DNA of 64,000 nucleotides from Actinomycetota bacterium (lineage in GTDB: Bacteria > Actinomycetota > UBA4738 > HRBIN12), in contig DATFFT010000003.1 in the NCBI GenBank assembly GCA_035249905.1, positions 2,756 to 66,755 of the forward strand, given 5' to 3'. The notes beneath the pieces were generated by a model. The model ran no database searches and had not been told where the DNA came from. It saw only the letters and a list, made by a program, of their open reading frames with translations. Below are positions 25,892 through 35,361 of the stretch, one piece after another. A program made the position numbers and the translations under genes. How positions within the stretch are numbered: the first letter of the stretch is position 1; each line of letters begins with the position of its first letter.

Positions 25892-28048
25892 ATGGACGTG
25901 GTGCGCGCGGCCCCCGATGCCGCCTCGCGGCAGGGCGCTGTGCTCGAGGCCGTGGCGTTCGCCGCCGAGCGGCTGCTCCTCGCGGCGGACTGGCGAACCG
26001 CGGCGGACGAGGTGCTCGCTCACATGGGGTTCGCTGCGGGCGTTTCGCGCTCCTACGTGATCGAGAACCGGGCCGACACCGGAGGCGGTGATCCGGGCAC
26101 GATCCGGCACGAGTGGCACACCCCGAACACGGGAGCCGGGCCGCCGGATCCGACCCCTCAGGCGGTGTCCCGGGACGCGATGCCCGCCCGATGGGCCGCG
26201 TTGCACGCCCGCGGCGAGTCGATCGTGGGCAAGGTCGCCGACCTGCCCGCTGCCGAGAGGCCGTGGCTGACGGCGAGGGGGGTGCAAGCGGTCGCCGAAC
26301 ATCCCATCTTCGTCGGCGACGAATGGTGGGGCGCGATCGGCTTCCACGACTGCGAGCGGGAACGCGTGTGGGGGTCGGAGCTCGATGCGCTGCGGGCTGC
26401 GGCGACCGTGATCGGCGCCGCGGTCACCCGGCAGCGGATCGAAGGCGAGCGGCGCAGGGCGGAACAACGGTGGCGGCAGGTGATCGAACACATCCCTGCG
26501 GTCACCTACACCGATGTGGTGGCCGGCCCCGGCGACGTGCGCATGGAATTCGTGAGCCCGCAGATCCGCACGATCCTCGGCTACGACCCGCAGCGCTTCC
26601 TCGACGACCCGGCCTTCTGGTTCAGCCTGATCCACCCCGACGACCTTGCCCGGCTCGAGTCGTCGGGCATCCTCGAGGCCGCGGACGTCGGGACGTTCGA
26701 CGAGGTGTACCGCATGCGAGCGGCCGACGGCGCGGATCGATGGATCCACGACACGTCGACCCCGGTGTTCCGCGATGACGGAAGCCTCGACCACTTCCTC
26801 GGGTTCATGATCGACATCACGGAACGCATGCGGGCCCAGGAGCTCGTCCGCGAGGCCGAGGAGCGATATCGGCTGCTGGTGGAGCGAACCCCGGCGGTCA
26901 CGTACACCGCGACGATCGCCGACCTGTACGACCCCGGGTCGGTGACCGCGTACATGAGCCCGCAGATCGAGCGGCTGCTGGGCTACCCGCTCGGATCCTG
27001 GCAGCGGCCCGGCTTCTGGCGCGAGGTACTGCATCCCGATGACCTCGGCGCGGTCATGGCCGAGCGGGAGCGGACCAACGCCTCGGGCGAGCCGTATCGG
27101 CAGGAGTACCGCTTGATCGCCGCCGACGCCAGGATGGTCTGGATCCACGACGAGTCCGTGGTGGTGCAGGATGCGCACGGCGGATCCGCGTACCGGCAGG
27201 GCGTGATGCTCGACATCACCGAACGGAAGGAGTCGCAGGCGCATCTGGAACGAGCGCTCGACGTCGAGCGCGAGGCCGCCCAGCGACTGCGATCGCTGGA
27301 CGAGATGAAGAACACGTTCCTGCAGGCCGTCTCCCACGACCTCCGCACGCCGCTCGCGGCGATCCTCGGCCTCGCGATCACCCTCGAGCGAGGCGATGTC
27401 GCGCTCGATGAGACCGACGCCCGCGATCTCGCCGGGCGCATCGCCGCCAACGCTCGGCGCCTCGAACGGCTCGTGACGAACCTGCTCGACATGGACCGGC
27501 TGGCTCGCGGCATCGTCTCCCCACAGCTCGACGAGACCGACGTCGGCGCCCTCGTGGGCCGGGTGGCGGCCGAGTCGGAGCTCGTTCCCTACGACCGCCT
27601 CGTGATGCAGCTGGCCACGGTCGTCCAGCCGATCGACGCGGCGAAGGTCGAACGCATCGTCGAGAACCTGCTCGCCAACGCCGTACGGCATGCGTCGGCA
27701 ACCGCCACCGTCTGGGTGCGCGTGGAGCCCGATCCGTCCGGCGTCGTGATCGCGATCGAGGACGATGGTCCGGGGGTGCCCGAAGAGCTCCGCGAGACGA
27801 TCTTCGAGCCGTTCCGGCAGGGTCCGAATGCCCCGCGACACTCCCCCGGCGTCGGCGTCGGACTGACGCTCGTCCACCGGTTCGCCGAGCTTCAGGGGGG
27901 CCGGGCCTGGGTGCAGGAGCGGCGAGGAGGGGGCGCCTCCTTCCGGGTCTTCCTACCCTCCGAACCGGTGGGCGACGTGCCGCCTGCCGACGACTCCCTC
28001 GGCCAGGGCGCGCTCGGACTGCTCCCCGCCGAACCCCCGGCAGGCTGA
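25892..28048 (+). CDS. cytoplasmic GAF-PAS-PAS sensor histidine kinase
   Basis: ORF 25832..28048, ATG at 25892 follows GGAGACGAG. Two PAS repeats (IEHIPAVTYTD and VERTPAVTYTA). H-box FLQAVSHDLRTPLAAI, N-box NLLANAVRHA, and DDGPGV and GVGVGL. No TM segment. Confidence 0.85.
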   Translation: MDVVRAAPDAASRQGAVLEAVAFAAERLLLAADWRTAADEVLAHMGFAAGVSRSYVIENRADTGGGDPGTIRHEWHTPNTGAGPPDPTPQAVSRDAMPARWAALHARGESIVGKVADLPAAERPWLTARGVQAVAEHPIFVGDEWWGAIGFHDCERERVWGSELDALRAAATVIGAAVTRQRIEGERRRAEQRWRQVIEHIPAVTYTDVVAGPGDVRMEFVSPQIRTILGYDPQRFLDDPAFWFSLIHPDDLARLESSGILEAADVGTFDEVYRMRAADGADRWIHDTSTPVFRDDGSLDHFLGFMIDITERMRAQELVREAEERYRLLVERTPAVTYTATIADLYDPGSVTAYMSPQIERLLGYPLGSWQRPGFWREVLHPDDLGAVMAERERTNASGEPYRQEYRLIAADARMVWIHDESVVVQDAHGGSAYRQGVMLDITERKESQAHLERALDVEREAAQRLRSLDEMKNTFLQAVSHDLRTPLAAILGLAITLERGDVALDETDARDLAGRIAANARRLERLVTNLLDMDRLARGIVSPQLDETDVGALVGRVAAESELVPYDRLVMQLATVVQPIDAAKVERIVENLLANAVRHASATATVWVRVEPDPSGVVIAIEDDGPGVPEELRETIFEPFRQGPNAPRHSPGVGVGLTLVHRFAELQGGRAWVQERRGGGASFRVFLPSEPVGDVPPADDSLGQGALGLLPAEPPAG

Positions 28049-28061
28049 GACGCTCCCTGCC

Positions 28062-30140
28062 TCAAGCCCCCGCGCTGAACGCGAGATCCGCGACGTCGAT
28101 CACGCCGGCGTCGACCCGGTCGAAGGAGATCACGACCTCCCTCACGTCGGAGAGATCGACGCCTGCGAACACATCGAGCGGGAACCGAAGCTGCTGCAGG
28201 ATCACGTGGCCCGTGAATCGATGGACACCCTTCGGGAACCGCAGCGCCTCGTTCCCGACGGTCGATGCAGGCACCGCGACCCGGGCTCCGTCGCCGTCGA
28301 CGAGCGAGACCGAGAGATCCTGGTACCGGATGCCGGAATTGGCTCGGTACCCCGGGTTCACGGCGACCCGGAACTGCAGCGCATCGAACGCGACTACGTC
28401 GGTCGCCGTGCCGAGATCGAAGTGGACCTCGCCCTGGGAGCCGGCCCAGCCGAACACCCCCCGCGACAGGCCGGGGAGATGGACGTCGCTGAACGAAAGG
28501 TCGCCCGGCACGCAGGGCACCTCGACCGTGTTCGCGCACCAGGCGAGCAGGGAGAGGCCGGACGCGGTGACGTCGTCCTCGACCTCGGTTCGCCCGATCG
28601 AACGCGACGCCGTGAACCGGTCGATGTCGAGCCTTCGGCCCGGAAGATCCGGTGCCATGAAGGACATCAGCGCGCGGGAGGGATCGATGCGCCTGGGCGT
28701 CGCGGCTCCCGTCCACACGGGGTCCAGGCCGATCTCTCCGCCCAGGTACCGGCGGAAGTACGACACGATGTACGCGGCCCCGACCCGGCGCTGTTGGGAC
28801 GGCGTGAGCTTGCCGGCGCATCTGCCGAAGGTGTCGTCGAAGGCGCCGGGGAACCCGAAAGCGGGCGTCCAGACCGAGTTGAAGAAGTTGTGGTTCGCCC
28901 CGAAGAGCGTGAGGACGTGCTTCGGCCTGGGGTCGCCCGGCACCCGGTACCGGGCATCGTCGAAGAAGTGCACGCCCTGCAGATCGAAGACGTCACCGTC
29001 GCAGTACGGCAGGACGACCGAGAGCGGTACGCGGTTCACGGTCACGCGCGTGAAGTCGACGGGCGCCAGGGGAAGGACCGCGTCGATCCCGTAGGGATCG
29101 TCGCGTTGCCGGTCGACGATCACGTGCCACACGACGCCTTCGCCGCCACGGGAATGGCCCATCGTGCCGATACGGCTCATGTCGACCTTCCCGGCGAAGC
29201 GGTCGCCGAACGGCTCTCCACCGACCGTCGACCAGGTCTGCCAGAGATCCAGATGGTGCTCGAGCAGCTCCCCCCGTTGGCGCATCCCGGTGTCGGCGAG
29301 CCGGTTGCCGTGAACGTTCACCCCGTTCGCGCTGACCGACACGACGATGTAGCCGTAGCTCGCCAGGCGGGAGGCCGCGTAGTCGTACCCCTCGTGGTTG
29401 GGCAGCGGCTTCCAGCCGCGGCGGCACGGCCATCGGTACCCTGCCCGATCCCTCCGGAAGCACGATGAATGGTTGCCGTGCATGAACAGCACGATCGGGT
29501 AGGGACCGTCGGGAAGACCGGCCGGGAGATGGACGCTGGCCCTGACCTCGACCTTCGCTCCCAGGCCGGTGGGCTGGAACGCCCGGTCTCCGAAGTCGTA
29601 GCGGCGCCGGACGACGTCGTAGGGCCCTGGCGACGGGAGCTGCCGGATCCGTCGGATCGAGGGGGGGCGCAACGCCGATGCGGAGCTCTCCTCCGCGAGA
29701 CGGCCACCGTAGGTCAGCCCCAGCCGGCCGGAGGCGACCGATCGGTCGGTGGTGAGGGCGACGACCGAACGCAGGTCGGGTGAGGGCACCGCCACGGCGA
29801 CCGCGGCGCCGTCGACCGTCATCACGTAGGGAAGGGCTCGCGGCGCGTATCGTCCCTCGATCGTGACCCGATACACGCGGCTCGGCACGTCCGCGCTTCG
29901 CACGGTGGCCGGCACGCGCACCGACTCCACGGTGGCGCCGATCCCCGAGCGGATCGTGCGGCCCGAGAGGCGCTGGACCACCTCGGCGACGTCGGCCGGC
30001 AGCACGGGCTCGACGGCCAGCGCGGGGTTCTGCGGCTCCTGGGCGGTGGCACCGACGGGAACGAGCGACGCAGACAGCGCGAGCGAGGTCGCGACCAGGG
30101 TTGCCCGCGATGGCCCCGGTCGGCGTCTCCGTCGGATCAA
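28062..30140 (-). CDS. secreted multidomain alpha/beta hydrolase (lipase / PAF-acetylhydrolase-like core)
   Basis: Arg-rich signal MIRRRRRPGPSRATLVATSLALSASLV. The core has VLFMHGNHS and the nucleophile elbow GTMGHSRGGEG. Flanking N- and C-terminal regions of about 200 aa each are unassigned. Confidence 0.75.
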   Translation of the reverse strand: MIRRRRRPGPSRATLVATSLALSASLVPVGATAQEPQNPALAVEPVLPADVAEVVQRLSGRTIRSGIGATVESVRVPATVRSADVPSRVYRVTIEGRYAPRALPYVMTVDGAAVAVAVPSPDLRSVVALTTDRSVASGRLGLTYGGRLAEESSASALRPPSIRRIRQLPSPGPYDVVRRRYDFGDRAFQPTGLGAKVEVRASVHLPAGLPDGPYPIVLFMHGNHSSCFRRDRAGYRWPCRRGWKPLPNHEGYDYAASRLASYGYIVVSVSANGVNVHGNRLADTGMRQRGELLEHHLDLWQTWSTVGGEPFGDRFAGKVDMSRIGTMGHSRGGEGVVWHVIVDRQRDDPYGIDAVLPLAPVDFTRVTVNRVPLSVVLPYCDGDVFDLQGVHFFDDARYRVPGDPRPKHVLTLFGANHNFFNSVWTPAFGFPGAFDDTFGRCAGKLTPSQQRRVGAAYIVSYFRRYLGGEIGLDPVWTGAATPRRIDPSRALMSFMAPDLPGRRLDIDRFTASRSIGRTEVEDDVTASGLSLLAWCANTVEVPCVPGDLSFSDVHLPGLSRGVFGWAGSQGEVHFDLGTATDVVAFDALQFRVAVNPGYRANSGIRYQDLSVSLVDGDGARVAVPASTVGNEALRFPKGVHRFTGHVILQQLRFPLDVFAGVDLSDVREVVISFDRVDAGVIDVADLAFSAGA

Positions 30141-30228
30141 CTCACCTCGCCTTCGGTTCGGTTCGGGGCAATCCTGTCACGTGAACGAGCGAGCGTCCCG
30201 CCGGGAAGAAGGCTCCGGCACGCGTGCC

Positions 30229-30255
30229 GAGGGCCCGGGCGAAGCCCGGGCCCTC
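30229..30255 (-). terminator. intrinsic-terminator-like hairpin downstream of fdxA
   Basis: Perfect 12-bp stem GAGGGCCCGGGC / GCCCGGGCCCTC with a 3-nt loop, 26 nt after the fdxA stop. There is no U-tract, as is common in high-GC actinobacteria. Confidence 0.55.
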
Positions 30256-30280
30256 GTGCGAACGACCTGGTTCCCGGACG

Positions 30281-30607
30281 CTAGACAGCCTGCCAGCCGG
30301 CGACCACGGGGTGGTCGACGGCGGCCGGGCCGACCTGTGCGGCGCCGCCGGGTGAGCCCATGCCGCTCACGTCGTCGTTGAAGAACTCCGCGTTGATCGG
30401 CGTGAACTGCTTCCAGTCGCCCGGCACGTCGTCCTCGTAGAAGATCGCGGTCACGGGGCACGCAGGCTCGCACGCCCCGCAGTCGACGCACTCGTCGGGC
30501 TGGATGTAGAGCATGCGAGGCCCCTCGTAGATGCAGTCCACGGGACACTCGTCGACGCAGGCGCGGTCCTTCACGTCGATGCACGGCTCTGCGATCGTGT
30601 AGGTCAT
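30281..30607 (-). CDS. fdxA: 7Fe ferredoxin
   Basis: [29 protein letters not shown] followed by [19 protein letters not shown]. Confidence 0.9.
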   Translation of the reverse strand: MTYTIAEPCIDVKDRACVDECPVDCIYEGPRMLYIQPDECVDCGACEPACPVTAIFYEDDVPGDWKQFTPINAEFFNDDVSGMGSPGGAAQVGPAAVDHPVVAGWQAV

Positions 30608-30696
30608 GCCATAAACCCCTTTTCCACGGTGTCAGCCTTGCAAACCCCAGTGTACGCGTCGGCCGGCCGACTGCAACCGACGGATGCGACCCGCTG

Positions 30697-31389
30697 TTGT
30701 CGTGGCGGCCAGGCAGTGCCATCGTCGCGGCCGTGGAAGCCGTGAGGTTCACGACCGACGACGGTGTGCGGCTCGAGGGCGAGCTGCGCCTGCCCGACGG
30801 GGCCCCCGGGGCCACGGCCGTGCTGTGCCATCCGCATCCCAAACACGGCGGCAGCAAGGACCATCCGATCCTCTGGGCCCTTCGCAACGAGCTCGCCGGC
30901 ACCCGAGGCCTTGCCGTGCTGGGATTCAACTTCCGGGGCGTGATGGGCTCGAGCGGCTCGTACGGCGGAGGCCGGGAGGAGGTCCGCGACGTCAGGGCCG
31001 CGATCGCGTGGGTCCGAGGACAGGCGCCCGACCGGCCTACCGTGGTGTGCGGCTGGTCGTTCGGCGCGAGCGTGGCGCTGCGCGAAGCGCTCGACGACGA
31101 CCTCGTGGCCGCGCTCGCACTGATCGGCATGCCTCTGCGTCCCGGGGACCTGACGATGCCGCCGATCCCCGGTGACGAGGACCTGCGGCGGTTCCGACGG
31201 CCCGTGCTGGTGCTCTCCGGGGAGCACGACGTGTACAGCCCGCCCGACGACGTACGGACGTTCTCCGGCGCCTTCCCGTCCGCGACCGTCCGCATCGTCG
31301 AGGGAACCGACCACTACCTCTGGCGCAGGGAGCGGGAGGCCGCGGCCGTCGTCGGCGAGTTCGTCGACGGTTCGCTCGCTCAGCTCTGA
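30697..31389 (+). CDS. alpha/beta hydrolase (dienelactone hydrolase-like)
   Basis: VLCHPHPKHGG and the elbow GWSFGAS. The ORF track uses a TTG start, so the true start is uncertain. Confidence 0.75.
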   Translation: MSWRPGSAIVAAVEAVRFTTDDGVRLEGELRLPDGAPGATAVLCHPHPKHGGSKDHPILWALRNELAGTRGLAVLGFNFRGVMGSSGSYGGGREEVRDVRAAIAWVRGQAPDRPTVVCGWSFGASVALREALDDDLVAALALIGMPLRPGDLTMPPIPGDEDLRRFRRPVLVLSGEHDVYSPPDDVRTFSGAFPSATVRIVEGTDHYLWRREREAAAVVGEFVDGSLAQL

Positions 31390-31586
31390 GGATCGCGGCC
31401 GGGGTCCGATCGGGTCGGTCCCGCCCCGGCGTGTCCGTCGCCGCCGGCCGTCGGCGAGGTCGTCGGGGCGTGCTCGCTCCACCGCTCGTCGGTGGTCCGC
31501 CACGATCGCCAGACGCGCCGGATCACGAAGGCACCGAACGCGACGAGCGCGGCGGCGAGGACGAGCGAGACCCAGCCGGACGTCAC
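31380..31586 (-). CDS. small hypothetical membrane protein
   Basis: A GTG start 3 nt after the upstream stop. One TM stretch WVSLVLAAALVAFGAFVI followed by a low-complexity tail. Confidence 0.35.
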   Translation of the reverse strand: MTSGWVSLVLAAALVAFGAFVIRRVWRSWRTTDERWSEHAPTTSPTAGGDGHAGAGPTRSDPGRDPQS

Positions 31587-31589
31587 GCC

Positions 31590-32426
31590 TCAGATCGTAA
31601 CGTCGCCGCCGGCGTCGGGTCCGGTGGACCACGTCGGCACACCCTCCGGGTCGCGAACGCCCAGCCGGAGCATGCCGAGCAGCTCTTCGTGGATCGCACC
31701 GTTGCTCACCACCCCGATCCGGCCATCGAGACGTTCGGTCCCGTCGAGAGCCGTGTAGCGCCCTCCGGCCTCGCGGGCGAGCACCGGCATCGGGGCGAGG
31801 TCCCACACCGCCAGGCCGTAGTCGACGAAGGCGTCGACGCGCCCCGTGACCGCGAGGCCGACGCCGTAGGCGTTCCCCCAGTCCCGCACGTGCACGCCGG
31901 CGCGCCGAGCCTGGAGCCAGGCCTCGAGCGGCCAGTCCTCCTGATCGCTGGTCGCGACGAACGATCCCCCGGCGTCGGTCGTCTCGCTCACGCGGGTGGG
32001 ACGATCGTTCCACCAACAGCCCAGCCCCCGACCGGCCCAGACCGTCTCCCCGACGGCCGGCGAGCAGATCACGCCGATCGCCGGGCCGTGGTCGTCGAGC
32101 ACGGCCACCATCGTCGAGTACGTGACGACTCCGCGGGCGAACGACTCCGTGCCGTCGACGGGGTCGAGCACCCACGTTCGACCGGAGGTGCCGGGGCGGT
32201 CGGGCAGCTCCTCGCCGACGATGGCGTCGTCGGGATGCTCCGCCTCGATGCGCTCGCGCAGGAACCGCTCGACCGCCAGGTCGGTCTCGGTCACGGTGGA
32301 GCCGTCGTCCTTGCGCAACGGCACGACCCGTTCGGTGCGGAACCCGTCGAGCGTCAATGACCCCGCCTCGCGGGCGAGGTCCACCGCACGGCGCATCAAC
32401 GACGCATCGGCAGCCGGCGGCTTCAC
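31590..32426 (-). CDS. inositol monophosphatase family phosphatase (HisN/SuhB-like)
   Basis: Motifs DGSTVTETD and WVLDPVDGTESF, plus WDLAP. GTG at 32426 forms a GTGA overlap with the ATPase stop. Confidence 0.8.
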   Translation of the reverse strand: MKPPAADASLMRRAVDLAREAGSLTLDGFRTERVVPLRKDDGSTVTETDLAVERFLRERIEAEHPDDAIVGEELPDRPGTSGRTWVLDPVDGTESFARGVVTYSTMVAVLDDHGPAIGVICSPAVGETVWAGRGLGCWWNDRPTRVSETTDAGGSFVATSDQEDWPLEAWLQARRAGVHVRDWGNAYGVGLAVTGRVDAFVDYGLAVWDLAPMPVLAREAGGRYTALDGTERLDGRIGVVSNGAIHEELLGMLRLGVRDPEGVPTWSTGPDAGGDVTI

Positions 32427-33559
32427 GCGGCGGGTTCCACGACGACGTGGGCCCGATCGGGGTCCCACTGCACGTGGGCGCGATCGCCGGGACGCCAATC
32501 GGCGGCGTCGGCCGGCACGAGCGCCACGATCGGAGCCTCGCCCGGCCCTTGCAGGTCGAGCCGGATGCCCGTGCCCTGGAAGATCACCTCGCCGACCACC
32601 ACCGGCAGGGCGATCCCCTCGGGGCGCTCGCGGACCACTCGGAGCGTCTCGGGCCGGACCATGAGCGAGACCGGATCGCCCTCCACGGCCTCCCGGCCCG
32701 GCAGCGAGCCGATCGACCCGGCCTCGGCGACGAGCTCGCCGATACGGACCTGCGGCCGTTCCCCGGACCGCACGAGCGTGGCGGGGAGCAGGTTGGCCGT
32801 GCCGATGAAGTCGGCCACGAACCTCGTGGTCGGATGGAAGTAGATCTCCCGCGGCGTGCCGAGCTGCTCGACCCGCCCGTGCGACATCACCGCGATCCTG
32901 TCCGACATCGTCATCGCCTCTTCCTGATCGTGGGTGACGTAGACGAACGAGATGCCCACCTCGCGCTGGATCCGCTTCAGCTCGATCTGCATCTCCTTGC
33001 GGAGCTTCAGGTCGAGCGCGCCCAGCGGCTCGTCGAGGAGCAGGACCAACGGATCGTTCACGAGCGCGCGCGCGAGCCCCACCCGCTGCTGCTGGCCGCC
33101 CGAGAGCTGAGTGGGCATGCGTTCGGCGAGCGCGTCCATCTGCACGGTGTGCAGCGCCTCACGGACGCGACGATCGATCTCCGGTTTCGGCAGCTTGGCG
33201 CGGCGAGGGCCGAACGCGACGTTGCGATACACGCTCATGTGCGGGAACAGGGCGTAGTTCTGGAACACGAGGTTCGTCGGCCGCTTGAACGGAGGGATCT
33301 GCGTCGCCTCGACCCCGTCGAGCAGCAGTCTGCCCTCCGAGGGCTCCTCGAAGCCGGCGAGCATGCGCAGGGTGGTCGTCTTCCCGCAGCCGCTCGGGCC
33401 CAGCAGCGAGAAGAACTCGCCGCGGTCGACCGCCAGGCTGACGTCGTCGACCGCGACGACGTCATCGAAGCGCTTGGTGACCCCGTCGAGTTCGAGCGCC
33501 GGCGTCGCCGGCCCTCGCGCGCCCGCCTCGGCGCGATCGCGTTCACCAACCGTGCTCAT
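32423..33559 (-). CDS. polyamine-type ABC transporter ATP-binding protein (PotA-like)
   Basis: Internal ATG at 33559. Walker A GPSGCGKTT, signature LSGGQQQRV, Walker B LLLDEP, and a C-terminal TOBE-like domain. Confidence 0.9.
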   Translation of the reverse strand: MSTVGERDRAEAGARGPATPALELDGVTKRFDDVVAVDDVSLAVDRGEFFSLLGPSGCGKTTTLRMLAGFEEPSEGRLLLDGVEATQIPPFKRPTNLVFQNYALFPHMSVYRNVAFGPRRAKLPKPEIDRRVREALHTVQMDALAERMPTQLSGGQQQRVGLARALVNDPLVLLLDEPLGALDLKLRKEMQIELKRIQREVGISFVYVTHDQEEAMTMSDRIAVMSHGRVEQLGTPREIYFHPTTRFVADFIGTANLLPATLVRSGERPQVRIGELVAEAGSIGSLPGREAVEGDPVSLMVRPETLRVVRERPEGIALPVVVGEVIFQGTGIRLDLQGPGEAPIVALVPADAADWRPGDRAHVQWDPDRAHVVVEPAA

Positions 33560-34428
33560 GCCTGCAGCCTCCCCACCTTCGAGATCTTGATGCTCACCCA
33601 CACCATCAAGGCGGAGATGGCAAGCACCACGAAGCTGAGGGCGGATCCCACGCCCCAGTCCCCCCGGGCGTTGAACTCCTCCTCGATCAGGGAGGCGATC
33701 ATGTAGCCTTCGCGCCCACCGACCACCGCGGGCGAGGCGAAGTCGGAGAGCATCGGCACGAACACGATGATGATCGCCGCGATGAAGCCGGTGGCGGCGA
33801 GCGGCAGCAGCACCTCGCGCAGGATCGTCACCCAGCCGGCTCCCAGGTCGCGTGCCGCCTCGATCAGTGTGCGGTTCACGGTCTTGAGCGCAGCGTAGAT
33901 CGGGATCACGACGAACGCGAGGGATCCCGTCGCCAGCACCACCACGACCGCGGTCTTCGTGAACAGGATCGTGAGCGGCTCGTCGATGAGACCGATCGCC
34001 TCGAGGAACCTGTTCAGGACCCCTTCCTTGTTCATCACGATCTGCCAGGCGTAGAGGCGGATCAGCGGGTTCAGCTCGTCGGTGAGCACGAGCGCCAGCA
34101 GCATCGGGATCTCCCACTTCCCGGCCCGGAACGCCAGGAAGCTCGCGATCGGGAACGCCACGACGAACAGGATCAACATCGCGGTCACCGTGATGACGAT
34201 CGTGTCCAGGAAGATGCTGCGATAGATCGGTTCCCCGAGGACCTCGGCGTAGTTGTCGAACGTGAAGCTGCCGTCGCCGACGATGTCGGCCCTCGTGAAG
34301 CTGACCCACGTGAGGTAGATCAGCGGCCCGGCGAAGAAGACGAGCAACGTCAGCACCGGGCTCGCGAGCACGGCCGCCGCCGTCCGGCGTCCGAACGCGA
34401 CCCCCGACGACGACACGCGAGCGCTCAC
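33556..34428 (-). CDS. ABC transporter permease (PotB/PotC-like)
   Basis: GTG at 34428 in a GTGA overlap. Six hydrophobic stretches and the EAA-like loop IEAARDLGAGWVTILREVLLP. Confidence 0.85.
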   Translation of the reverse strand: MSARVSSSGVAFGRRTAAAVLASPVLTLLVFFAGPLIYLTWVSFTRADIVGDGSFTFDNYAEVLGEPIYRSIFLDTIVITVTAMLILFVVAFPIASFLAFRAGKWEIPMLLALVLTDELNPLIRLYAWQIVMNKEGVLNRFLEAIGLIDEPLTILFTKTAVVVVLATGSLAFVVIPIYAALKTVNRTLIEAARDLGAGWVTILREVLLPLAATGFIAAIIIVFVPMLSDFASPAVVGGREGYMIASLIEEEFNARGDWGVGSALSFVVLAISALMVWVSIKISKVGRLQA

Positions 34429-35342
34429 TGCTGCGGCCCCCCGGCCACCAGGCTCCGCACGTCCTGCCCCGAGCGGACGGCAGAACGCCGGAGCAGGTAG
34501 TAGGCGATGTAGACGACGACGACGGTGACGAACGTCACGAGGGTCGAGATGGCGTTGACCGTGGGTAGGTTCGTTCCTCGGCGCAGCTTCGAGAAGACCC
34601 ATACGGTGAACATCCGCTCGCTGCCCACCGTGAAGAACGTGACGGTGAAGCTGTTGAACGACCATCCGAACACGAAGATGGCGGCCGCCGCCAATGCGGG
34701 AACGAGGTAGGGCAGCAAGACGTACCAGACGAGCTCGCGACGCGTCGCACCGAGATCGAGCGCGGCCTCCTCCAGCGACCGATCGAACCGATACAGCGCG
34801 GCGGTCACGATCGCCATGACGAGCGGGAACCCGACGACGATGTGCATCACCGCGACCGTGTACAACGACAGCGGCACGTCGATCTTGCTGAACGTGACCA
34901 GTGCCCCGACACCCACCAGCAGCGACGGCACGACGAGGGGGAGCGTGAGCGACCCGGCCACCAGCCCACGTCCGGGGAAGACGAAACGCGCGATCCCGAA
35001 CGCTCCCAGCGTGCCCAGCGCCACGCAGATCGGCGTGGTCAGACCCGCGACGACCAGCGAGTTGCGCAACGACTCCCGCATGGCGGCGTCGCCGAGGGCC
35101 TCCTCGTAGAAGCGCGTCGTGAACCCGCGGAACCCGAACGCGAGGATCTGCGAGTCGTTGAAGCTCAGGAACGCGAGCAGCAGGAACGGCCCGAACAGGA
35201 TCAGCGCCCCGAACGCCAGCATGATCGCGCTCGCGATCCGGGTGACGAGCTCACGCCGGTGGATCGTCCAGAAGACCTGGCGGACGACGGGGCGCGCCGA
35301 TCGTGCACGCGCCCCGCCCGTCGCCGCTTGCTCCACGCTCAC
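34425..35342 (-). CDS. ABC transporter permease (PotB/PotC-like)
   Basis: EAA-like loop LEEAALDLGATRRELVWYVLLP and a multi-TM profile. Confidence 0.85.
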   Translation of the reverse strand: MSVEQAATGGARARSARPVVRQVFWTIHRRELVTRIASAIMLAFGALILFGPFLLLAFLSFNDSQILAFGFRGFTTRFYEEALGDAAMRESLRNSLVVAGLTTPICVALGTLGAFGIARFVFPGRGLVAGSLTLPLVVPSLLVGVGALVTFSKIDVPLSLYTVAVMHIVVGFPLVMAIVTAALYRFDRSLEEAALDLGATRRELVWYVLLPYLVPALAAAAIFVFGWSFNSFTVTFFTVGSERMFTVWVFSKLRRGTNLPTVNAISTLVTFVTVVVVYIAYYLLRRSAVRSGQDVRSLVAGGPQQ

Positions 35343-35361
35343 CTCGTGGGGGATCCCCCCG

